DNA from: Lachnospiraceae bacterium
GTDB taxonomy: Bacteria > Bacillota > Clostridia > Lachnospirales > Lachnospiraceae
Assembly (NCBI GenBank): GCA_024691125.1
Contig: JAILNV010000203.1
Span: forward strand, 4,354-68,353
Direction: 5' to 3'
Length of the DNA: 64,000 nt
In this document: piece by piece, positions 56,307 through 64,000 of the stretch
Layout: every line of letters begins with the position of its first letter
Numbering within the stretch: position 1 is the first letter of the stretch
Translations under genes and position numbers: made by a program
The notes under the pieces: model-generated
Told to the model about the DNA's origin: nothing
The model's input: the letters and a program-made list of their open reading frames with translations, nothing else
Databases searched by the model: none

Positions 56307-58406
56307 ATGAATTATAACAATTTCAGCCGGGATATTAACAAGGGATTATATTTTTCGACGCTTAAGCCGGTGCTTAACAGAAAAGCGCTGTTCGCCGATT
56401 ATACAGCGGATTATGTTGATCCGCCTGAACCCAATCCGTATGGAGAGGTAACGCTTAAATTCAGAACATATAAGAGTAATGCAGATCATGTCTTTGTAGT
56501 ATGTAATGACGAAAGATATCTGATGGAAAGATACGAATCCGTGGATACTTTCGATTATTACAGATATACGCTTCGTTTGGATAATGAACCCATAAGGTAT
56601 TATTTTGAAGTGAAGAGCGGCAATCAGTCATGCCGTTATGATGTCCGCGGTGCGGTAAACAGGACCGAGGAGTCATATTTCTTTACCGTGCGCCCGGGAT
56701 TTCATACACCGGAATGGGCCAAGGGAGCGGTCATGTATCAGATATATGTGGATCGTTTCTATAATGGTGATCCGGACAATGATGTACTTACCAATGAATA
56801 TAATTATATAGGCGAGCATACGGTACATGTGGATGACTGGAATAAATATCCGGCAACCATGGGTGTAAGAGAGTTCTATGGCGGCGATCTTCAGGGAGTT
56901 ATGGATAAGCTGGATTATCTGGAAGGCCTGGGAATAGATGCTATCTACTTTAATCCTCTGTTTGTGTCTCCGTCCAATCATAAGTATGACATACAGGATT
57001 ATGATTACATAGACCCTCATGTGGGAAGGATAGTAAGTGACGGGGGTGAGCTGCTCAGAGAAGGAGACCATGACAATACGCATGCGTCCAGATATATAAG
57101 AAGAGTAACGGACCGTGCTAATCTGGAAGCCTCCAATGAGCTGTTTGCAAGACTGGTAGAGGAGTGTCATAAGAGAAATATCAAAGTGATCCTTGATGGT
57201 GTATTCAATCATTGCGGCTCTTTTAACAAGTGGCTTGACAGAGAACGTATTTATGAAAATGCCGAGGGCTACGATAAAGGCGCATATATCGATCATAACA
57301 GTCCGTTCAGAGATTATTTCAGGTTTTATGATGAATACGCATGGCCGTATAACGGTTCATACGATGGATGGTGGGGTCATGATACCCTTCCCAAGCTGAA
57401 TTATGAGGGATCCAGAAGGCTGTATGATTACATACTTTACATTGGGAGAAAATGGGTTTCCCCGCCGTATAATGCAGATGGCTGGCGGCTTGATGTGGCT
57501 GCGGATCTGGGTCATTCCCCGGAATTCAATCATCAATTTTGGAAGGATTTCAGAAAAGCGGTAAGACAGGGTAATCCCAATGCTATAATCCTTGCTGAGC
57601 ATTATGGTGATCCATCTTCATGGCTTAAGGGTGATGAATGGGATACCGTTATGAACTATGATGCATTCATGGAGCCTGTAACATGGTTCCTTACGGGCAT
57701 GCAGAAGCATTCGGATGATTTTCGATGGGACATGCTTGGGAATGCGGATGCGTTCTTTGATATGATGAAATACAACGGTGCCAGGATGTTCGGATCATCG
57801 ATAAATGTGGCAATGAATGAACTGAGCAACCACGATCATTCCAGGTTCCTGACACGTACTAACAGGGTTGTCGGTCGTGTGGCCAATAAGGGTTCCGAGG
57901 CTGCCAACCATGGCGTGAACAAGGCTGTGATGAGAGAGGCTGTTATGATCCAGATGACCTGGACCGGGGCGCCAACCATTTATTATGGTGATGAAGCCGG
58001 TGTATGCGGCTTCACGGATCCGGACAACAGACGAACTTATCCATGGGGACATGAGGATCAAGAGCTTATTGATTATCACAGACAGCTTATCAGGATAAGG
58101 AAGGAAAATAAAGAGCTGAGGACAGGTTCGCTCCGCCGTATTCATAAGGACTATAATATCATTGCTTACGGAAGGTTCACACGTAAGGAACGAAGTATTA
58201 TAATTATTAACAATAACGACCATGAGAAAGATATTGAGATGAAGATAAGCTATGAGCTTGGATGTCCGAGAGATGTAAAGCTCGTATCGTTAATGTATTC
58301 GGATGATTCGGGCTTCACAACGGAACCCAGGGAGTATCAGGTAGACGGAGCACGTCTAAAGATCCATATGGGTAAAACGAGCGCAGTAGTATTAAAGATG
58401 ATATAA
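56307..58406 (+). CDS. GH13 alpha-amylase family enzyme, neopullulanase/cyclomaltodextrinase-like, cytoplasmic
   Basis: GH13 conserved regions DGVFNHCG, GWRLDVAADL, ILAEHYG and LSNHDHSRF, plus an LPKLN motif of the neopullulanase subfamily. No signal peptide. Confidence 0.88.
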   Translation: MNYNNFSRDINKGLYFSTLKPVLNRKALFADYTADYVDPPEPNPYGEVTLKFRTYKSNADHVFVVCNDERYLMERYESVDTFDYYRYTLRLDNEPIRYYFEVKSGNQSCRYDVRGAVNRTEESYFFTVRPGFHTPEWAKGAVMYQIYVDRFYNGDPDNDVLTNEYNYIGEHTVHVDDWNKYPATMGVREFYGGDLQGVMDKLDYLEGLGIDAIYFNPLFVSPSNHKYDIQDYDYIDPHVGRIVSDGGELLREGDHDNTHASRYIRRVTDRANLEASNELFARLVEECHKRNIKVILDGVFNHCGSFNKWLDRERIYENAEGYDKGAYIDHNSPFRDYFRFYDEYAWPYNGSYDGWWGHDTLPKLNYEGSRRLYDYILYIGRKWVSPPYNADGWRLDVAADLGHSPEFNHQFWKDFRKAVRQGNPNAIILAEHYGDPSSWLKGDEWDTVMNYDAFMEPVTWFLTGMQKHSDDFRWDMLGNADAFFDMMKYNGARMFGSSINVAMNELSNHDHSRFLTRTNRVVGRVANKGSEAANHGVNKAVMREAVMIQMTWTGAPTIYYGDEAGVCGFTDPDNRRTYPWGHEDQELIDYHRQLIRIRKENKELRTGSLRRIHKDYNIIAYGRFTRKERSIIIINNNDHEKDIEMKISYELGCPRDVKLVSLMYSDDSGFTTEPREYQVDGARLKIHMGKTSAVVLKMI

Positions 58407-58418
58407 AGGAATATTAAT

Positions 58419-58649
58419 ATGCGTACCATGGAATTTAAGATGGAGCGAAGGGGAGTCATTACGGAAGGAGAGCATGTAACAGTTACGGAAGGAGTGCTTC
58501 CCACGAGCTGGTATTATACAATAGATCCGTCACGTGCGATGTCTGCCAATTTCGAGCTGAGAGAGCGGCTTAAGACGCGTGAAGGGAAAGTTGTTAACAT
58601 AGAAGAAAGACCACAGGGATTTTACGTTACAGTGGAGTTCGATGAATGA
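58419..58649 (+). CDS. Small hypothetical protein translationally coupled to feoAB
   Basis: 76 aa with an AAGGA RBS. Its stop overlaps the feoAB start (ATGA). I recognise no motif. Confidence 0.45.
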   Translation: MRTMEFKMERRGVITEGEHVTVTEGVLPTSWYYTIDPSRAMSANFELRERLKTREGKVVNIEERPQGFYVTVEFDE

Positions 58650-61000
58650 TGACGGTTAAAGAGCTTAAGATCGGTCAGAGTGCGGTAATTGAGAAAGTAG
58701 GCGGTGAAGGAGCCCTGCGTCAGCACCTTCTTGATATGGGTGTTCTGCCGGGAACAGAGGTCACGCTGATAAAGCTTGCACCATTGGGCGATCCTATGCA
58801 GATAAGTATACACGGATATGAGCTTACGATAAGGCTTGAGGATGCCGGAAAGATAGAGGTTAAGAAGCAGGAAGACGGGAAGAAGTTGAAGTCCGGACGT
58901 AAAGGCTCATCCAGACAGATAGCCCATCCCGGTTTCGGAGAAGAGGGAAAGTATCATCCCAAGGGAAGCGGAAATCCCCTCCCGGATGATGCTTTGCTGA
59001 CTTTTGCGCTGGTAGGCAATCAGAACAGTGGTAAGACGACCCTGTTCAACCAGCTTACGGGAGCCAATCAGCATGTAGGTAATTTTCCCGGTGTTACCGT
59101 GGACAGAAAAGACGGAGAGATACGGAGAAGGAAAAACACATCTATTACAGATCTTCCGGGCATTTATTCTATGTCACCTTACTCAAGTGAAGAGCTTGTA
59201 AGCCGAAATTTTGTTTTGGATGAGAAACCCAGAGCCATAATAAATATTGTGGATGCGACCAATATAGAGCGCAACCTTTATCTGACCATGCAGCTGCTTG
59301 AGATGGATATTCCGATGGTGGTTGCCCTTAATATGATGGATGAACTCAGGGGTAACGGAGGAACCGTGGATATAAACAGGATGGAGAGCATGCTTGGGGT
59401 GCCTGTGGTACCTATATCCGCGGCCAAGAATGAGGGTATTGATGAGCTGGTACGCCATGCGATCCATGTTGCTCATTATCAGGAGAGACCCGGAAGACAG
59501 GATTTCTGTGATGAGAATGATCATGGTGGAGCTGTGCACAGATGCCTTCACGCGGTCATGCATCTTATTGACGATCATGCCAAAAGCAGCGGATTGCCGG
59601 TAAGGTTTGCGGCAGGCAAGGCAATAGAAGGAGATGAACTCATTCTTGAAAAGCTAAAACTTGATGATAATGAAAAGAAAATGCTTTCACATATTACGCA
59701 TCAGATGGAGACCGAAAGAAGACTTGACCGCAGTGCTGCTATTGCTGATATGCGCTATTCCTTCATAAATAAAATCTGTGCAACGAGTGTTGTGAAACCG
59801 CATGAAAGTAAGGAGCAAATGCGCAGTGACAGGTTGGACAGCGTGCTGACAGGAAGATTTACAGCCATTCCGGTGTTTATTTTGGTTATGGGATTGGTAT
59901 TTTTCCTTACCTTTAATGTTATCGGAGCATGGTTGCAGGGGTTGCTTGAAACAGGAATTGATATGCTTACTTTGTCGGTTGACAGGGTCCTGACAAATAT
60001 AGGTGTAAATGAGGCTCTGCATTCATTGGTGATAGATGGAGTATTCAAGGGCGTCGGAAGTGTACTCAGCTTTCTTCCGATAATCGTGACGATGTTTTTC
60101 TTCCTTTCGATCCTTGAGGACAGCGGATATATAGCCAGGGTTGCATTTTTTATGGATAAGCTGCTCAGAAAAATAGGCTTATCGGGCCGCAGCATAGTTC
60201 CGCTTTTGATCGGGTTCGGATGTACGGTTCCCGCAGTTATGTCAACCAGAACTCTGCCAAGTGCCAGAGACAGAAAGATGACAGTGCTTCTTACGCCGTT
60301 TATGAGCTGTACGGCCAAGCTTCCTATATATTCCTTTTTCGTAGATGCTTTCTTCCCTAAGGGGGGATGGATCGTTATCACGACGCTGTATTTTATAGGA
60401 ATCTTCTGGGGAATAGCAGCGGCTCTTCTTTATAAGAAAACTATATTTACGGGAGAGGCTGTTCCTTTTGTTATGGAGCTTCCGAATTACAGAATGCCCA
60501 GTGCCCGGAGTGTGATACAGCTTCTTTGGGAAAAGAGCAAAGATTTTATCCAACGTGCTTTTTCGGTCATACTTATCGCTACGGTTGTTGTATGGTTTCT
60601 TCAGAGCTTTAACTTCTATTTTGATTATATTCAGGATGAAGGTGACAGTATCCTGGCTGCGATTGCCGGTGTACTTGTTCCTGTGTTTAAACCAATAGGA
60701 CTCGGAGACTGGCGTATCTGTACATCTCTTATTTCGGGATTTCTGGCTAAGGAAAGTGTGGTTTCTGTTCTTGGAGTGCTGTTTGAGAGTGAAGGAGGTG
60801 TCGGAACGGCTCTTACTACCCTGTCGGCATGCTGTCTGCTCGTATTCTCTCTGTTGTACACACCCTGTGTGGCGGCAGTGGCATCTATCAGGCGTGAGCT
60901 TGGTCATAAATGGGCTGTTGGGGTAGTGGTTTGGCAATGTGTCCTGGCATGGGTTACTGCGCTGATGGTTCGGATAATAGGAATGATGGCGGGCATGTAG
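58646..61000 (+). CDS. feoB: Ferrous iron transporter, FeoA-FeoB fusion protein
   Basis: N-terminal FeoA domain (LKIGQSAVIEKVGGEGALRQHLLDMGVLPGTEV), then the FeoB G-domain (ALVGNQNSGKTTLFNQLTG, DLPGIYS, NMMD) and the polytopic permease. Confidence 0.93.
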   Translation: MMTVKELKIGQSAVIEKVGGEGALRQHLLDMGVLPGTEVTLIKLAPLGDPMQISIHGYELTIRLEDAGKIEVKKQEDGKKLKSGRKGSSRQIAHPGFGEEGKYHPKGSGNPLPDDALLTFALVGNQNSGKTTLFNQLTGANQHVGNFPGVTVDRKDGEIRRRKNTSITDLPGIYSMSPYSSEELVSRNFVLDEKPRAIINIVDATNIERNLYLTMQLLEMDIPMVVALNMMDELRGNGGTVDINRMESMLGVPVVPISAAKNEGIDELVRHAIHVAHYQERPGRQDFCDENDHGGAVHRCLHAVMHLIDDHAKSSGLPVRFAAGKAIEGDELILEKLKLDDNEKKMLSHITHQMETERRLDRSAAIADMRYSFINKICATSVVKPHESKEQMRSDRLDSVLTGRFTAIPVFILVMGLVFFLTFNVIGAWLQGLLETGIDMLTLSVDRVLTNIGVNEALHSLVIDGVFKGVGSVLSFLPIIVTMFFFLSILEDSGYIARVAFFMDKLLRKIGLSGRSIVPLLIGFGCTVPAVMSTRTLPSARDRKMTVLLTPFMSCTAKLPIYSFFVDAFFPKGGWIVITTLYFIGIFWGIAAALLYKKTIFTGEAVPFVMELPNYRMPSARSVIQLLWEKSKDFIQRAFSVILIATVVVWFLQSFNFYFDYIQDEGDSILAAIAGVLVPVFKPIGLGDWRICTSLISGFLAKESVVSVLGVLFESEGGVGTALTTLSACCLLVFSLLYTPCVAAVASIRRELGHKWAVGVVVWQCVLAWVTALMVRIIGMMAGM

Positions 61001-61096
61001 AACGCATGATTTCTGAATGCATTTCCTTATTTACATTCAGAAAGTCATATATTTCCGGATTGTATTTGATTTAGTACAATTTATGAAAAAAAAGTC

Positions 61097-61125
61097 TTGC
61101 ATTATTTGCTCTTTGCTGTTAGAAT
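61097..61125 (+). promoter_or_regulatory. Sigma-A-like promoter for the tRNA cluster
   Basis: TTGCAT (61097-61102), a 17-nt spacer, TAGAAT (61120-61125) with TG at -15/-14. Confidence 0.55.
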
Positions 61126-61278
61126 AACATTTGCGAGTGCAAAAGCACTAAAAGTGCTGTTGCTGAGGAAGGGATCTCTGAGGATTTCCTTAATGTCTCA
61201 ATACCCGCTGAGCAGTAAGGCTGACGGGCATCTGTGATAAGAAGTCACAGGTTGAAATGAGTAGGCATTCAACATTCC

Positions 61279-61351
<73 letters not shown>

Positions 61352-61358
61352 CTTACCT

Positions 61359-61429
61359 GCGGGTGTAGTTCAATGGTAGAACACTAGCCTTCCAAGCTAG
61401 ATACGTGGGTTCGATTCCCATCACCCGCT
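61359..61429 (+). tRNA. tRNA-Gly (anticodon TCC)
   Basis: Acceptor GCGGGTG/CACCCGC, anticodon loop CTTCCAA, T-loop TTCGATT, discriminator T. Confidence 0.92.
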
Positions 61430-61488
61430 TTGAGAAAAAGCTTATGAAGATATAAATTAAATAAGTGGTTTCTCACAACTTAATATAT

Positions 61489-61561
61489 GCGATAGTGGCT
61501 CAGTTGGTGGAGCGCGACCTTGCCAAGGTCGAGGCCGCGGGTTCGAGTCCCGTCTATCGCT
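61489..61561 (+). tRNA. tRNA-Gly (anticodon GCC)
   Basis: Acceptor GCGATAG/CTATCGC, anticodon stem CGACC/GGTCG with loop TTGCCAA, T-loop TTCGAGT, discriminator T. Confidence 0.9.
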
Positions 61562-61576
61562 CTTGTGAAAAGTAGT

Positions 61577-61613
61577 CGGAAGCCAGAATTTATGCGGTTT
61601 CCGCTATTTTTTT
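61577..61613 (+). terminator. Terminator-like hairpin plus T-tract after the tRNA cluster
   Basis: CGGAA...TTCCG (or the inner GCGG-TTT-CCGC) followed by TATTTTTTTATTT. Confidence 0.5.
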
Positions 61614-61659
61614 ATTTCTTCAAAAAGTGGTACGATTTGGTACGGTTTACATAATGTTA

Positions 61660-62922
61660 CTATTTTGCGAGACCATAAAGCTCATTCCACTTATCCGTGT
61701 CCACTCCACCGATTCTTGATACACGCTTCCTGTAATGGTCTGTTGTTGCCGGATCGAGGTGCCCCGCCATGTACTGTACCTCTGCGGGATTAAATTCCTT
61801 TGACATATTAACGACGCTCCAGAACCTTATCTTATGGCTTGACAGGTATTTAACACCGACTTTCTCACATATGCGCTTTAAATGATGGTTAACTGTGTTG
61901 GTCTTGACAGCATCCCCGTTATACATAAAGATATATTCACCAAAGGGATTGTCCTTGCGCTGCTTCTTAAGAAGAGATATAGCCTCATCACTCAGCGGCT
62001 GGATACGGTTGGCTTCCTTTTTCTTTCCTTTTGTTCTATTGACATAGGAAAAGTAATAGTTTCCGTCATCTCCCTTTCTGCGGACTATCTGCGCGTGGAT
62101 AAAGACCGTCCTGTTCTCCCAGTCAATATCAGACCATTTAAGGCTCCTAAGCTCTCCTATCCTGACACAGAGGCTGAACATAAGGAATATTGCCCTTGCA
62201 AATACGTCATCTTCTTTCAGTGCCTGATTTATGATCCTGTAACGCTCATCGTCAGAGTAGACAAGATCTTCATTGTCCTCTTCCCTGCATATGAGATCCG
62301 TTGTCCTTACGGATCTTGCAATATTGGAAGAAACATAATCATGATCAACAGCATAATCATAGATCTGGTTGAGTATAGACTTTATGTTATTAAGACTCCG
62401 GCGAGTGAGAGTTTCATTAGCGCTGATCTTGGCGTAAAAAGTTTTGATCTTTGAAGCCTTCAGATTCGATATGTCTGAGCTGGCTAAATCGGATCCTGCA
62501 TAATACTTATTCCAGTCACTCTTGTATCTTTCACAAGTCAGTGACGATCTATGCCCTGTATCCACGAATGTTGTCTTAAAATACTTTATCCATTCCTCGT
62601 AAATGCCTTGGACACTAATATCTATATCTGGATCATGTCCATAGTAGTAGCGGAACAGTTCAATCAGAAGGTCACTCTCTTCCTTGCGACATATCTGTAC
62701 CGGTTTTCTGATCTTTAAACGACCATCCTTGGTAGGATAGATCGTGTAAGTAATGTTATTCTCCTTAAACTTTTTCTTAATTTCTTTTAAAGTCATATCC
62801 TTTAATTGAGGGTCGCCTGACATTATCTTACTTGATGTCATAAGATTAATCAAGGATACTATCAGATTGACAGACGGATCCTCGATATATTCCGGAAGTA
62901 TCTGTAAGTTTCTCTTGTACAT
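61660..62922 (-). CDS. Tyrosine-type site-specific recombinase (phage integrase family)
   Basis: 420 aa with an AAGGAG RBS. The C-terminal catalytic region carries R (CVRIGELRSL), HKIRFW, GHLDPATTDHY (the H-x-x-R/Y region). The N-terminal SAM-like domain is typical of integrases. Confidence 0.88.
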   Translation of the reverse strand: MYKRNLQILPEYIEDPSVNLIVSLINLMTSSKIMSGDPQLKDMTLKEIKKKFKENNITYTIYPTKDGRLKIRKPVQICRKEESDLLIELFRYYYGHDPDIDISVQGIYEEWIKYFKTTFVDTGHRSSLTCERYKSDWNKYYAGSDLASSDISNLKASKIKTFYAKISANETLTRRSLNNIKSILNQIYDYAVDHDYVSSNIARSVRTTDLICREEDNEDLVYSDDERYRIINQALKEDDVFARAIFLMFSLCVRIGELRSLKWSDIDWENRTVFIHAQIVRRKGDDGNYYFSYVNRTKGKKKEANRIQPLSDEAISLLKKQRKDNPFGEYIFMYNGDAVKTNTVNHHLKRICEKVGVKYLSSHKIRFWSVVNMSKEFNPAEVQYMAGHLDPATTDHYRKRVSRIGGVDTDKWNELYGLAK

Positions 62923-63159
62923 ATAAGTATCTCCTTAAAATATTTCCGGAAAAATGACAGAGTGAAAATGGGTTATTTTTTACCTATGTAAAAGTGCAGG
63001 CAGTGACAATTGTGCTGATCAACTATGGATAACGTTGTTATTTTATTGTCACGTGTATAATAATATAGTTATTGGACAATTAATCTTAAGAAATGTGATA
63101 TCCTATGGTAATAAAAGTCTATATATGCAAGTTAAAACTGAAATGGTGAAGGGGTTCGT

Positions 63160-63435
63160 ATGAAAAACAAATATAAAACAGGTGATAAGGCATATATCGT
63201 TGAGTCAAATTGCAGGGTCCGGGAAGTACAGATGCTGAATTATTCCGGTGGAATGTTCCTGATCAGGTTTGAGAATGGTGGAGGGATCCGGGTTAATGAT
63301 CATAGGCTATATTATACTAATGAAGAAGCAGCCCTCACCTTGCCAAGAAAGCACCTCCGTCTAATAGAACACCGTGGGATTATATGTAGTATTTCGTGTG
63401 TAAATATATATACAGAATGTTGTAGATTTTGTTAA
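63160..63435 (+). CDS. Small hypothetical protein on the element
   Basis: 91-aa ORF after a GAAGGGG RBS. I recognise no motif, and the Cys-rich C-terminal end may be read-through. Confidence 0.35.
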   Translation: MKNKYKTGDKAYIVESNCRVREVQMLNYSGGMFLIRFENGGGIRVNDHRLYYTNEEAALTLPRKHLRLIEHRGIICSISCVNIYTECCRFC

Positions 63436-63573
63436 AAACAATAACTGATTGTTATATTGGAAATGCAACATAAGAAAATACGAAATTCTTTTAGTGCAAA
63501 TTTTAAAGCTTCTCGACGATGAAGCGTTGAAGGCAATAACTATGTGTATTATAGGAAAAGGAAGGATAAGAAT

Positions 63574-63846
63574 ATGTCATATCAAACTGCATTAACAATT
63601 GAAAATGTCATAAAGAATATAGACACAAAAAAATATTTACTTCCGTCTATACAGCGTGAATTTGTTTGGAGTACAGAGCAGATTGAAAAACTTTTTGACA
63701 GTCTGATGAGAGATTACCCAATTAATGCATTCCTGTTTTGGAATGTACCTAAGGAGAAAGCATCTGAGTTCAAATTTTATGAGTTTTTGAGAGATTATCA
63801 TCAAAAGGATAATAAACACAATCCTAAAGAGTTATATTTTTTATGA
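63574..63846 (+). pseudogene. Truncated DUF262 (GmrSD/ParB-like nuclease N-terminal) gene fragment
   Basis: ATG after AAAGGAAGGA. YLLPSIQREFVWSTEQIEKLFDSLMRDYPINAFLFW is the DUF262 N-terminal signature. The ORF stops after 90 aa, before the DGQQR motif expected in full-length members. Confidence 0.65.
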
Positions 63847-63938
63847 AAAAAGTGAAACCTTTTTGAAACTGCCTGTCCCTATATATATGTAACCACAAAA
63901 AAGAATAAAAGCTCGTTAAGAAAAAGGAGGATAAGGAA

Positions 63939-64000
63939 ATGTTAGAAAAGAGTCAGGCAATCAGGAATTTCTTACTTTTTACGGTGCTTGGTATAGTAGG
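63939..64000 (+). CDS. 5' end of an unidentified ORF (MLEKSQAIRNFLLFTVLGIV...), cut by the window edge
   Basis: ATG 8 nt after an AAAGGAGGA RBS. The hydrophobic start suggests a membrane protein. Confidence 0.4.
   Translation, partial: MLEKSQAIRNFLLFTVLGIV

Larger units (their letters stand above)
61562..64000. mobile_element. Left end of a putative integrated element inserted next to tRNA-Gly(GCC); it continues beyond the window
   Basis: A tyrosine integrase gene begins about 100 nt from the tRNA 3' end. It is followed by small AT-rich ORFs and a truncated DUF262 gene. The far boundary and the att repeat are not visible in this window. Confidence 0.6.

Noticed and set aside
63513-63527. 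GATGAAGCGT in the element spacer matches the loop sequence of the 19422-19478 hairpin. Considered as a fourth copy of the repeat family.
   Set aside because: It is a single 10-mer without the flanking stem or other modules. About one such match is expected by chance among the intergenic regions of this window.

Overview
Chromosomal segment from a Firmicutes/Clostridia-type (Lachnospiraceae-like) genome. Gene content, SD-type RBSs and sigma-A-like promoters support this assignment. The window has four parts.

(1) 1-19.4 kb: the spc/alpha ribosomal-protein operons (rplP to rplQ, with secY-adk-map-infA-rpmJ-rpoA), followed by ecfA1-ecfA2-ecfT-truA and then rplM-rpsI. A small membrane protein and a GH3 beta-glucosidase are wedged between truA and rplM. 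Three spacers in this conserved block are unusually long, non-coding and rich in hairpins and repeats: rpsH-rplF (206 nt), rpmJ-rpsM (442 nt) and the region downstream of rpsI (about 230 nt). They share short sequence modules.

(2) 19.6-21 kb, minus strand: an orphan double-glycine-leader peptide gene and meso-DAP dehydrogenase.

(3) 21.1-48.3 kb: a roughly 27-kb Wzx/Wzy-type polysaccharide locus. It opens with a sortase-B homologue that lacks the catalytic His and Cys. Next come the CpsB phosphatase, a Wzz/CpsC protein, a BY-kinase and an LCP protein. These are followed by a Ser-rich secreted protein, an 856-aa orphan surface protein, a DHH phosphoesterase and a large polytopic membrane protein. 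The sugar-nucleotide genes rmlD, gmd and fcl are present, along with four consecutive unassigned membrane proteins, four glycosyltransferases, a priming phosphotransferase, and two Wzy paralogues flanking one Wzx.

(4) 48.4-61 kb: an acidic protein, a degenerate EAL-HDOD protein, hup, an S4-domain protein, divIC, tilS, hpt, ftsH, a GH13 enzyme, and a small ORF coupled to a feoA-feoB fusion. A tRNA-Phe/Gly/Gly cluster follows, and immediately after it a tyrosine integrase and a truncated DUF262 gene mark the start of an integrated element that runs off the window.

I saw no rRNA, CRISPR array, cas gene or reverse transcriptase. The candidates I consider most worth follow-up are the pseudo-sortase at the head of the polysaccharide locus, the block of unassigned membrane and surface proteins inside it, the orphan GG-leader peptide, and the related non-coding inserts in the ribosomal operons.
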